Shown here piece by piece: positions 48,901-62,266 of a DNA stretch of 64,000 nucleotides. This DNA is from Pecten maximus. Taxonomy: Eukaryota. A program made the position numbers and the translations under genes. Location: contig NC_047026.1 in the NCBI RefSeq assembly GCF_902652985.1, forward strand, positions 13,020,001-13,084,000. The letters are read 5' to 3'. The notes below the pieces were generated by a model. The model made no database searches and had not been told where the DNA came from. It saw only the letters and a list, made by a program, of their open reading frames with translations. The number at the start of each line of letters is the position of its first letter. Positions within the stretch are counted from its first letter, which is position 1.

Positions 48901-51039
48901 TTTGTTTAATTTGTACAAAAACTCCATTAAAGATGTTTAAAGTTCATGATTCGATGAACATCACTTAAGTATGCAAGGATAGATGTGTGAAAAAGATGAG
49001 CGAGAAAGAAAAAGATGAAAAATAAAATGTAATATATTAAAATCATGAATCAAATTTAGTTTTTCTTATATTTATGAAGTTGAGTGTATGCATACATTGT
49101 ATAACCCACAACATACAGGAGATGTCAGGTTAGAAACTAAAACATGTTTCTCCTTATTAGCTTACCACTGATGAAACAAAGAGGGGTTAAAGCTTTCCTC
49201 TGTCCATCTTCTATGTACGTACCAACACCAAAGTTTGTCGGCACTAGTGGTTTCATTCCTCAAGGTATTGTGATCAACATTCACAATAATATAGGACCAT
49301 AATATCTTAATTACACAAGTCAAATGTTTCAGGATTGTTGGGTCAAGGTCACAGTTGTTATTTTTAGAAAATCGTTTGTCAGCGCTATGATGTCTTCATT
49401 CCTTGAGATATTTTGATCAACCTTTACACAATTATCAAGTTCAATCATATCTCCAACAAGTTCAGGGTTTTTGTGTACAGGTCACTGTTACTATTTTTAG
49501 AAGTTAGAGATTCATGTCATGGTCAAATCACACCAACTCAATAAATCATTACCGTGTAATAGCTAGCAAGGGCTGGTGGGGGACATGGATTGTTTTAGTG
49601 GTACTCAGTATATTTGTGATCCTGCGACTAATTTTATTACAAAATATTTTTCTTTTAAGAGATAAACCACATGTTATCTAAAACAGCGACCTTGACCTTT
49701 GATCATATTCTAACCAAATAGCCCATTCGTTTTGCAGGACTTTTTCTCACTGGTTTGGGATGGGGCCTTTTTGTCTCATTTTGGGAAGAAAATTGGTGAA
49801 TTGGGAAAGATTTTTCTGGAGTAAACTTCAGATTGTGGGAATTTGGCTTTAAAATGAAATAGTTTCAATTAGGAATGGGGCCAACTAATGGCCCCAAAAA
49901 GCCCGCAGAAAAGGTCGTTTTGATAAAGAAAATATTCAATATCCGAACTAACTTTGAATCCAGTGAGTAACAGGACATATTATCTGGCAATTTTTGAATT
50001 ATTGGATTCTGGTCAATTTTTGGTTTCGTGCTGCATATTTTCAAACCAGACCAAGTTATCATCAGGCAACATAATATTTGATTTGTGTCAACTTTCCTCC
50101 TTATATAAATCATTATCAATTCTTTCTAAACATTTCCTTCATGTTGGAAAGTATGGTTTATGTATTTCATTACACAACTAATTAATTTTGATAAACTTTC
50201 AATAACTTGTACAGTATGTACAGTCACCTTCATTAGACAATTGATCAGAACAGCATGTGTACACAAAGGTGTAAAACGTGTACAAGTTGTCTTTAAAACT
50301 CGTAAATCAATGTTGATTTTGACCATGCTGTTGTTACAATACTATGCTGTAGTATTGTAATTGGACTGAAATGACTTGATTCTGCTACTCTTTGCCTAAT
50401 TCCTGGTCAAGATTATTAGAAAAAGAACCTGCACTAGTACATTTACTATGTTGACCTTGGTTTTAAGGGAGGACATGAAAATAAGAGCTCCCTATGAAGG
50501 ATAACTTGTTGTATGCACTTCAGATACTGGTAACTATGTACTGATATGTTTTCTGAAGACAAAGTGGAAATTAAACAATTTAAAATTCATCTCCAATGTG
50601 CATAGTACTGTTCCTTAATGGTTTCCATTAGTAATATTTTCAGCGATTTGACGGTCAAATCAAAATCTGCATTTGAAAACACTTCATTATGATTCCTATA
50701 TAGCTAGGCCATATACAGTGGCCTTATAATTTTGAGAAAGTTCAAATTAAAATAAATGTCAAATGTGATGAAATAATTGGTAAATATCATTTGTATTAAT
50801 TTCTCTAATTCCAAAGTTCGGACAGTCAGAGAGAACACACACCAGTAGTCATTTGTCAGACTTGTATTTCTTCAACAACAAACCACAGAAAAACAATCTT
50901 ATCTTTTTTATTAAGTAACAATTTCTTACATTTATCCTTGCAGAAAAATGCATATATATATATAACAGACAATATCAGTTTTAATGACAAAGACATTATA
51001 TAAGAAATTTGCTGGTATCAAATAAATTTGCCTTAGTTT

Positions 51040-51215
51040 CAACTGTCTGATATTTAGTAACTGAGGAAGTCAATACTTGGGTAAACTAAAAAAAAAGAAA
51101 AGAAAAGATGATGTACAAGTTTTTCTACAACTGTCTGATATTTAGTAACTGAGGAAGTCAATACTTGGGTAAACTAAAAAAAAAGAAAAGAAAAGATGAT
51201 GTACAAGTTTTTCTA
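51040..51215. repeat. Identical 88-bp tandem duplication
   Basis: CAACTGTCTGATATTTAG...GTACAAGTTTTTCTA starts at 51040 and again at 51128, with no differences seen. Confidence 0.93.
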
Positions 51216-54096
51216 AAACATCATTTTCTAACAGAATTTGAAACATTTAAATAACAGGATTATGATAATGGATCTGTTGCAATGATGAACGACTTGCTGT
51301 AAAGAACTGGTTCAAAAAGGTGAATTATCTCGTTTTTTGTGTGTGTTCCAGCTGATATTTTTTATCTACCAGTTGTGAGCCACAAACAAATGGCACTTTA
51401 TTCCTTTTTATAGATATATTGTGACTTCAAAAAAATAACGTTAGTTTTTAGTTTTTGAAATACTCATATTAGTACAGCTATGATACAGCTATATTTTTAA
51501 CCCGATCAATGTGAGAACACATGTAATTATCAATAGGAAAGATTTGAAACTAAAAAGAATTGTTGCCATGCAGCTATCATTTGAAGCACTGTGTAATTCC
51601 CAATTCGAAATTGGCACAAGCACAATATGATGCAAACATATCTATACAACACTTTTCACGATGACTTAAAAGACAGACACAGAAAACAAATGGACTTAGC
51701 TGTCATCATTGGTATGCCTTGAAAAGTCATATACGGAATCAAATATCAGATAAATTTAAAGAAGTCTGAAGTATCACCAGCTAGAAACTTTTAGGTTTTG
51801 TTAAATTAAATTGTTTTCATTTTTTAAACACTTACAGATTCAAACTAACCCAAATCTATCGTGCATGTAACTCTTCATTCTTTTAAAAAATTTCAATCAT
51901 ATACTTCACAAATGCAATGTAGTTTGAAATATTAAAAAAAAAGAGTATATTTAAGAGACTTATATCTTGCTGGTAATGGATGTCTACATAACAATGCAAG
52001 ACATCCTAAATACTTTAATTAATACACAATGACCAAAGTGATCGCCATTACTGGTAACTCAATTTGAATGGATTTGAATTATTTTGTATTTGTAAAAGAG
52101 CATGTACATTGGACTGGAATTATCTTACGATGTGTAAAATGTATAAACATAAACTTGTACCGGGGCCAAACGTTGACCAACAGTATGACCTAAATACAAT
52201 TTAGGTACTATTTTACGTATCAAGTCTGAAGTTATACAAGAGGAAAATACTAGACTTCAGATCAATGTCACTGATTGTGTTATACAAAATATTAAGAAAT
52301 GTCTCAATGAAATATGGCTTAGTGGCCATTTGTACTGGTCCAAGAATTGTCTTGCACCATAACATCTATACACATTTATGCCTCATCCACACACACATGA
52401 TCATGATACGTGAAATGAGTAAAGTGATTATCTTGGGAAGTAATTATCTTCTTTGAAAAGTACCTTTTCAGACCAACTTATTTGTTTGTTTTTTGTTTTT
52501 GTTTTTGTGGATAAAAATACCTATGAAATTAATCTACCAACTGCATTGTTCTTTAATAAGCATATTTTATTGTTATTTACTGGTATTAAAATGATAATAA
52601 GGCAGTTGGACTCAGATTTCAAAATCCTATGCCAGAAATGATGAAGTCTTAGGAATCATCATCTAAAAAATTATTTAAAATACATGTATATATAATATAC
52701 CAGTTTGATTTTTAAAAAGCCCTATCATGGGGTAATTAATCTAATAAGAAAAGAAGCATCAGTCTTTAAACATTGAGAAAAACTCCCTCAAGACTCAATT
52801 TCTGAGATTCATTTTGGTGTTTGATTGTAGCAATTTGTAGGTCTACAGCATTCAGATAAAAAAGATTTTATTCCAGCAAGACATAAAATGATTTGTTAGA
52901 GAAAAGTTGTCTCCCTTCTTGCTTCATCATGCACACTCTCTTTCTTGAACAAACGACACACATCACACTATTCTCACTTCTAGATTTCAACCTAGATCAC
53001 GTATACTTACAAATACTGTAAATTAAATTATATTTCTAGTGATGAATCAAATGTGTACTGTATATATTCATTTTAAGAATCAAACGTGAATTCAAGTATA
53101 TGAAACAAATATATAAATGAATGATTCATCAAATTCAATGAAACAAACATTTTTTTAATATTATGTGAATCACTTAATTTTCATATCACTTTTCAAACCC
53201 CCTTATTACAAAGCTCTTAAAATGTGAATTTGTGAAAATGTGTAACTTTATAAAATGTTTTCATGCGGTGGTTGCAATTGATTACCACAAAAGCAGTCTG
53301 TTGACAAGTGTTACTCTATAAATAAGTCAAAGTTCTTAATAAAAAGGCAACTTTTAAGCTTTTATGGAAAACTAATTACATCCTTGTACTGTATTTCAAT
53401 TCACGACTGATTTTTAATAATTCATACACAAAGATTTATCTTCGGAAATCTAAATGATGTACAGTAGATGTATTTCATTTAAGTCCATTTAGAAATCACA
53501 TCAACACACCGGAGTTCCACCAGTCATTACAATAGCCACTGTGGTTATCTGAATGACTTCGGTAGAGACACACATCATTGTCCCTCCAAGCACTTGAAGC
53601 AGTTCGAGTTGCTTATCACAATCTAGAACCATCTTCCTTGATTCACCCTAAACACAGCCTGTCACTACCACTAAGTGCCATGTTAAGTAAGGCAAATTCT
53701 CACACATCAAATCTACCTGCTACCCTGAAGGTGATGTTAAACCGACTGGATGGAGTCGACATGTGTAGAAGACAAGTCTACAGGTAACATGCTTGTATGT
53801 CGGTTTTATTTGTACTTCTGCAATGTAACGGTCAGGAATCCATGTTGTTTACAGATGACACCGACATGTTTGCTTGTACAACTTGGCAGCATCACCACAC
53901 CTGGAATCTGTGGACCTGTGTGAGATAGGGCTGTATACATATTGGAGGTACACAGCTTCACACAAGTTCTCACTTCTCATCCTTTGGACTTGTAAACCTT
54001 TTCCGTCTCGCTGTCACAGATTTTCACAAATCATGGCAGACTGGCTTTTACTTGATTCTTATAAAAAGAGTTTCTTATAAAAACAATATTATGCGC

Positions 54097-55394
54097 TCAT
54101 CCCGAGAGATCATTTGCATTAAACATGTCTGGATCGTATTTCTCTGCTATTACTATTCTTCCACCAAAAAATCGTCCATTTAATGCTTGACACGCCTTTT
54201 CCACTTCTGAAATACAGAAACAGTAAATTCTTACTATAAGTAAAATTACAGATATAAACTAAGACATAATATTTTGTAATCACAACGCATTAGATCTATT
54301 TTGAGATGTCTATAAGAAATAGGGTAATCCCTTACTAACTGTAATAGTTGAATCTATATAATATCCATCACAAATCGCAACAGATATTTTTATTTGGATT
54401 TCCCGTCAATTACCACATGTACCAACATTTTACTGAAAATTATGGCAATTATGTCTATGATGAATGCCGTTATTCAACGCTACCTGTAATGTGTTATCCT
54501 AATGAACCAAAAAGATCATTGAACTGAAAGCTGAGTGTAAGAGAATTTTGTAAAGGCAGAAGCTCACATTCTGGGTATAAACAATATGAAAACTTTAAAC
54601 TTAAGTCAAAATACTGTTATTGTTATTTCTTGCATAGTTCGAAATTACTGCAACTGCAAAATATCTTTATGATACTCACCACTTTGATTTGAAAATTCCA
54701 CAAATATCTTAACAATTATTTCAGCATCCTCTGCTTCACTCTGTTTTTCTTGATAAATAATGACACGATTCACAACACCATATTTCCCACACTCGTCCGT
54801 AACTTCATTTTCCAGTTCGTCATCCAAATCTTCTGGTCCAACCATGTTGCGCAAAGCCATAACTCGATACTGTAAAAGAAATTCAAACTTGTTTATAGGT
54901 AGGACTAAAAATGAAACGTACGATATCACAAAAACACTGACACACTCTGCCTTATAAGTAAATGGGGGCAATTGAGAGTTATCCATGTTTGTTCTGGCTT
55001 TACATACACACGTTTTTTATTATTTAATTTGGCCTTGTTCACACACGCTATTGCTTATTTTGGCCTTACTTACAAACATTATTGCTTATTTTGGTCTTAA
55101 TTACAAACACACTACTGCTTATTTTGGCATAACTTACACACGCTATTGCTTATTTTGATCTTACTTAACACACTTTGCTTACTTTGGCCTTACTAACACG
55201 TTATTGCTTATTTTGGCCTTACACACACTATTGCTTATTTTTGCCTTACAAACACATTATTGCTTATTTTGACCTTACGAAAACATTTTATCGTTTATTT
55301 CGGCTTGTTCACACACATATTAGTGCTTATTTTGGCCTTACTAGCACATTTTATTGCTTGTCTTGGTCTTACTAACACATTATTGTTGGCCTTG

Positions 55395-55438
<44 letters not shown>

Positions 55439-58400
55439 CTTATTTTGGCCTTTCTAACACGCTATTGCTTGTTGTGGCCTTACTCACATCTGATTTCCGC
55501 ATCAGTTTCTGCATGACCATATGTCTGGCATTGCTGCCACTGATCTTCATGTTTTCCTGTTGGTCGAGAGTCTGAGCCACATCTTCCTCTGATGGCTTTT
55601 TCTTTTTCTCCTCCTCCTTGGCTGCCTGGGCAGGGAACTGACTGAGAGCTCCAGGAGGCAGTGGGATCTGTAATGGTGGGCCAGACATCTGTGGTATTTG
55701 GATATTACCACCTCCTGAAAAATCAATGGTCTCATTTCCATTACATATGTAATAAGTTGCTTGATGTGTTAACATAGAGACAAAAACTAAATTTTTTTGT
55801 CCAGAAAATTCAAATGAATAATAAATCATTATTTTAATGCAGAAATTCAAAATTTATCACGTATACCGGATAAATTATTGCAAATAACAACTTGGTAATG
55901 CATATGGATTTTTTTTAAAAATGACTACAGAAAAAGGTCATAAGACATTGTTATTTTACATGTATTGAGATGAAGAGTTGATTGACTTATTAATGTTATG
56001 ACTAGACCGTTCAGAGACATACCAGGTACTGGATTGACGATGCCAGGAGGTGGAATTGCAGGAGGAGCTACTCCCATTGGCAGTCCAGACCCGAGACTGC
56101 TTGGGTCAACAACACCAGGTTCTGGCACTACCCTCTCTGGTGTCTTTGTACCAAGGCCAGTTGGTGTTGCCACTCCAGGAGGTGCCTGTTAATGGTTTCA
56201 AAGTTAAATTAACAGTTGTATAGAGGATCTTGCATGAATATCTTTGTCGCATGGAGTTCAATAAATTCAATATGATGTAATCAAGAGTTTAAGATTCTGT
56301 TTATCACTTATCTCAAATTCATAGAATATCACTGCAACTCGTATTAATTTCTATAAAGGACAGGCAAATTTTGATGCATTTTCTGCACAGACATTGTGCG
56401 ACATCATATTTTAATTGTGTCATCAATTATGCAGAGTTATTTTACAGGTGTGTTTCAATATCTAATACATAGCTGTACTACAAAGTAGAACAGGCAAGTT
56501 ATGTTATATGGTTTTGGCATAGAACAGATTGTGTTTTGTCGAGTTTATCGCCCAATTAAGGGTCATTTTGAGGTGTGGTCTCCTTGTAGTAGTTGATGAC
56601 TACCTCACTGAAAAACAGAGAGGCCCATCACATGCCATCTATAGCAGTTAGGGTAAAGTGTCTTGCCTAAGGACACAACCACGACAACACAGATCAGCCT
56701 GTTTTTCAGCTTCCTGAGAAACACAAACCGACATGGATTGCGAGCATTGCACCACGCACCTCGTATCTTCACTTAGGATTACATGGCTGGCACTCAAACC
56801 AACTGAGCTATCGCAGCCCCTTACACTGTTAACAGACTTACAAAGCAAAGACTTTGCATCATTCATTCAATGTTATATCTCTTTGGTATCACAATATCTC
56901 CTGATGACTTTTGTAAATGCTATCTAACATCTGAATCAAAGAAGCAAGGCTATACTTACAAGAACTTGGCTAATTTGTTGTTGAGCATCCATAGCTGTAA
57001 TTTTGGCTGTCACAGCAGCAGCAGCCACAGCAGCGGCTGTAGGAAGACTGCCTGGTCCTGAGGCCGGCTGAAGGGCGTCCGGAGGGGTGATAGCCTACAA
57101 ATAAAACCAAAGCTTAAACTCAATTCTTGTAACAATACCAGGTGCCAAATCTTAAACAGGAGTTTTTGGTCAATGTTTTGATAGCTGTCATCCATTCAAG
57201 GGGGGAAATTGTTAGAAATATTCAATGAACTTGATTTCTAAAAAGAAAATATTCCAGCTTTACAACAAATTAATTGAAATTGGCTTTAAAAGCAGTGATG
57301 TCTTGAAATCTCACCTTCCCTACACGGAGATATTGACCTCCAAGGTCAAACAAGTTCATAGAGGTGACTCCATCCAAGGCTGCCTGAGATGTTTCATATT
57401 CTATAAATCCATAGCCCCTGAAACAGTCACATATTCAGATGTTTAATACAAATGTACAGAAAATGAATTGTTAATATACAAATCTCTATAATAACACTCA
57501 AGTCAGTCAAAGGTCCAATCTATACACATATTTGAAATTTACTTAGTTTTAGCTTTGCAAGTTCATTTCATGTATGTCATAACTCTTTACCCATTTTAGT
57601 GGTTCTCAATTTAAAATAACCTTCCTACAAATGCCTTGAAAGCAATACAAATTGAAAAAAAAAATTGTGGTCTATGATTTCAATGTCAAAATGTCAACTG
57701 TATAGTTTTGAAAGTCTTAATATGAATTTTGCTTCCCAACAGCTTTCATAGAAGTTCTGTTCTTAGTTTTATCTCTCAGGAATCATGTAAGTGAAGAACC
57801 AACACACGGATGGATGGACTGAAATGAGATATGCCATAAAAAGGCAGAAAGGAAAAAAATTATATAGTACATGTATAGCAGGGTTAAACGCTTCTCAAAT
57901 TTTGGTTGGCACTCCAAAGGACAAGTTTTTAAAACAGTTATTTGCTAGACCTATGTTTGTGTACTTGAATTCATAAAGTGAAACGCCCACTGCAGGAAAA
58001 CAGAAATACATGACACTACGGGACTCAGAAACCTCACATAACACTAGAAATATGGTGAGTACCAGGGAAGTCTGACAATTTACATAAAAAGTTCTGTATT
58101 TCTAGCCTTTTTTAGAAGAACTTGTAGTTGATTTTGTAATATATTGGTCAAATGACCTTGCGAAAACACAACAGACTGTATCTGTAGGTTCCTATGTAGC
58201 ACATGCTAGACGAAACACAACATATGTTAAGGTTTTAATGAATAAACAGGCTGACAGCATCAATGAGACTATGGTCACACTGACTGATCCAGTATTTTTA
58301 TTACAAATACCCTCACAAGTCCAGGCTCCATACTAGGTTGAACCGTAGCAAGTTAATAATTGGTCAGTGAAACAGCAATCTGAAAGTATTTCCTTGGAAA

Positions 58401-61400
58401 TATCTAATATGTTCAACAAGATCCATAGCATTTAAGACAATGATGTGTTTAATGTTTAAAAATAAGAATTTGTTCCCTTCGAGAGACATTCATTCAAACA
58501 ATAAGAAGCTACCATGAAAACTGGTGACTATTTTAAATATATTTGCTTTAAAATCATGTTTATATTGATTCCATTTACTATCTGAATTGCAATAAAGACA
58601 CAAAACATTCACAAACATAATGTTTGAATGTACAACCATATTTTTTTTAATTTTGGAAGCCCACCCTACTCTTTCTATACACACTAATCTATAGTCATTG
58701 GAAAACGTTAGACGTGTGTTTAGCCATGGATCCTAGCATAAATACTTTATCATATTGAAATGTGGCTGTTAATATACGTAATATTTATTTATATGTGTCA
58801 ATTCTTTCAGGGATTTCTCTTTCAACAAATCCCTCCCACCAATATGAAAAGCCCCTGTTCTGGTTAAATTTGCCTTTTTTTATTAACTGGACGGTCATTA
58901 TAATCAATACATATGTATGTAATTTACAGTGTTATTTGCAATGAAAAGTTGGAGACTTCAATTTCTCGGAAAGCCCTATTGCCATAAAGTTGACAACAAG
59001 CATTCCCAAAGAATGTCCTAAATCAAAAGCATAAGTATTTCCTACAAACCTACAAAGAAAAAAGAAAAGCATTAAGCAACATGTATGTATAAAATTCTCC
59101 ATAATAATGTACATGTGGGAAATACATTAATCGTAAACATATGTACAATCATTTTCCTATCTCACCAAGAATGTCATAAATGGTAACATAACAGTTTGGT
59201 CAGTTTCCCTCGACAATCAAACACTACAATAAATCTATCATAATACAACAACAACAAAGTCCTTTATCAAACCAAACTTACTTGTGTTTTCCTCCTTTAG
59301 GATTGTCTGAGATGATTTTACACGTCACAATTTTGCCAAACGCTTCAAACACACTGAAATCAAACCAAACAAATTTGTTTTATTAATGGCAGGTAAAAAT
59401 GTACAATCTTTTCTTGGTAACGTTTTAATGTGGAACAAATAGTCAGATATTGCATAAATTGATGGTAATATGGAATAAATAAGATCATAACCTACCTATT
59501 TAGTAAACATAAATAACTTGGCAGATATTTATTTAAGGCTAATAAATACATTTTGTTTCTTGTCAAAAAAATGACTGGTAGGCAAGACTTTTTGAATGAT
59601 GTATAAAAGCATGAATGCAGACCCGAGTCAGCCAGCCAAAACAAAATCTGTTATCTGAAGAAAAAAAAACCCAGGAAACAAGGAAGTAATGCACACAATT
59701 ATTTTCAGAATTTGATTTAATATCCTGTCCTGCAGTTTCTGGAATAATACCCACCTTTTGATATCAGTCTCTGTGAGGTCGGTATGGATGGATGCTATGT
59801 AAATACGGTTATAATTTTTCGCCTCCTCGGCCAGCTGCTCAATAATAGGTTGAGCTTGTGGCATATTACTGGGACGTCCAACCTGAAAAGAGATTTCATG
59901 TCAGGACCTTTTGTTTGCGAGATCACCCACTGAAGAAACAGGTCAAAGGAACTTTTATATTGACTTCACTTAGTGCTACATTTACATGTTAATATTCCAG
60001 GACAATAACAAACCATTGCTATCATTACTTATGTTAAATTTTCAAAAAAAAAAAAACAAAAAAAAATCATGTGAAAGGAAACCAGTTGAATTCCTGTAAT
60101 ATGGAAATTCTTTTAAAGTCAAACAGAAATTAAGTCCACGTTCCATATTAAATTATCCATTTACGTTCAATCTATTATTTAAAACTGAAATCAAGCCTAC
60201 AGTTGGACATTTAAGGTAATGTTCAGTAGTATTTAACCTCTTTAGACAAAGTCAACTTGAGTAACATCTAAATTAAACAGGGCACTGAAATTCTTCAGCC
60301 CACTTGCTGTACAATCCATCTTATGATTCTTTAAAGTCGATAATAATCAATTTATTGCTTTTATTATAATAACAGCTGAATAAGTTTATCATATTAAAAT
60401 ATCAAAGAATCCCATTGACCTGTTTCTTCTTTACATAAACACAAGTATCAACATATATTGTCATCATAACCAACTTGTCTTCTTCAACCTGGTTTTTAAA
60501 ACACAACATCCATTTCTTCTGTGGCAACTTTCCATAATAGTCCATTTCCACAGCAAGCGATACCTGTAGTATCCAGCACAAGCCTATATCGCTGCACCTG
60601 CTAATTATAGTATAAAAGAGAAATTGAATGCCATCACTATCCTAGAGGGTGATGGCCACACATTTCCAAACAGCAGGGAGGAGAACTGTAGAATTGAATG
60701 TTAACACAACCCTACAATCATATTCTTCTCAATACAATTGGAAAAAAAATGTCCATCATTATTGAGCAGGGGCTGTTGGGACTACAGACTTACCTCTTTC
60801 ACTCCCGGTTTGGACTTGTACAAATAAAACAGGTTTATTTGTGCACGTATTAATACATGTGTGTATTAAAGTAGGGGGAAATGATAAAATAATTCTTACT
60901 GTAATAAGAATAGAAATAAGCTGAACTTACTACCTTGATATTCCTCCCTCCTATCATGACCCCATTCATCTGTTCCAGTGCCAGCTGCGCTGCCTCTGGA
61001 ATCTCATACTCAATGAAGGCAAAGCCCTTGTGTTTGTTGGTGACCGGATCCCAGGAGAGGTTGACGCTCTTGATGGGGCCAAATGGGAGGAATGCCTGCT
61101 TTATGGTGTCCTCTTTGATCTCAAAGTTAATACTGCCAACATAGATTCTATCAAAAATGGAAGAATTAGAAAGTGGGTTTAATAAAAGGTATAAATACAA
61201 ATAACTAAGGTGATATTAGTATCAAACGTTTCATACAGGTAAATCTGAAAAGGAATGAACAAGTCTGAACCAGAGATTTCTGAAAGTAGATATTCTGGGC
61301 CTGGTCCTGTTCCAGATGGTATTCCATATTACGATGGAAATTGTTTTCAACAGCAGATCCGGTATCTAAACAAAAATCTCTGTCATATACTTGAAGGCAT

Positions 61401-62266
61401 TTTTTACAGAAATTATTGCTGATCAAACAATACACATATAATATGGCTTAAATTTATTACATTTACATACAATTTGTTTTATCTTGTCCGATAGTGGTTT
61501 TCAGCTCAAGATAATATAGTTAAAATGAAAGTTAGATAAATTTTCTTTAAAATGAAACAGAACCAAATTTAACATTCTCTATTCAGATTATTCTTTACAA
61601 TATTTTCATCAATAAAAGAATTGAAATATTTTTCTAAATTTTTTCGAATATAATTTCTGAAAAGATCATGAAAAAATAAGTCATCTCGTTGTTGGTTTCT
61701 TACCTGCACATCAACGCCAAGGCCTGCTGCCGCTGGACCGTGTTCTGGAAATTCTGCATTTGCTTTAAAATGATCAATGAAAATAATGTTATCAAAACTA
61801 TTCTTATAATAGTAATCTTATGGATTCATTGTGGAAATGCTATCTTTTATGATTGTATACAGTACTTTTAAGAGACTAATTTTCTGACATTTTGAATTCA
61901 TTCGAATTGAATTAAAGGTATCTGTTGAAAGGATAAATAGGGTTGTTGCTACAAGGATACAGCAATTTCAACAGTGGTTAACACTTAGTAGGACTTAAGA
62001 TAACCAGAATTTCTGTCAGAGTTATTATGTTATTAAAACAATATTTCAGTTAATATAGTTTACCTGCTGCTGATGGGCTATTGTCTGCTTCACCAGGACG
62101 CTTTTTATACTCTGTTCCATCGCATACTTCTTTGCTCGTTGTATCAGTTCATTCTGGGAGGATGATAGCTTGGGTAATGTGAATGGTTTCTGGTCCCTCT
62201 TTGCACCCGGCCCCTCCACGATGGGTCCGATCTGGTCTGCCTGGGGCAGCACATCCCCATAAGATT
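54097..62266 (-). CDS. PUF60: Poly(U)-binding splicing factor PUF60 / half pint (RRM1, RRM2, UHM); 5' exon(s) not located
   Basis: Exons (minus) 62266-62064, 61762-61704, 61147-60934, 59882-59755, 59353-59282, 57417-57315, 57094-56960, 56185-56023, 55714-55488, 54869-54680 and 54206-54097. Peptides [95 protein letters not shown] and [14 protein letters not shown]. Confidence 0.97.
55025..55487. repeat. ~29-31-bp minisatellite with an embedded (CA)n tract, in a PUF60 intron
   Basis: Repeated TATTGCTTATTTTGGCCTTACTAACAC variants; (CA)n at ~55397-55436. Confidence 0.9.
56530..56820 (-). mobile_element. tRNA-derived SINE (CORE-like) in a PUF60 intron
   Basis: Reverse complement begins GGGGCTGCGATAGCTCAGTTGG and contains GTGTCCTTAGGCAAGACACTTTACCC. 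Homologous to the copies at 30118 and 32974. Confidence 0.8.
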
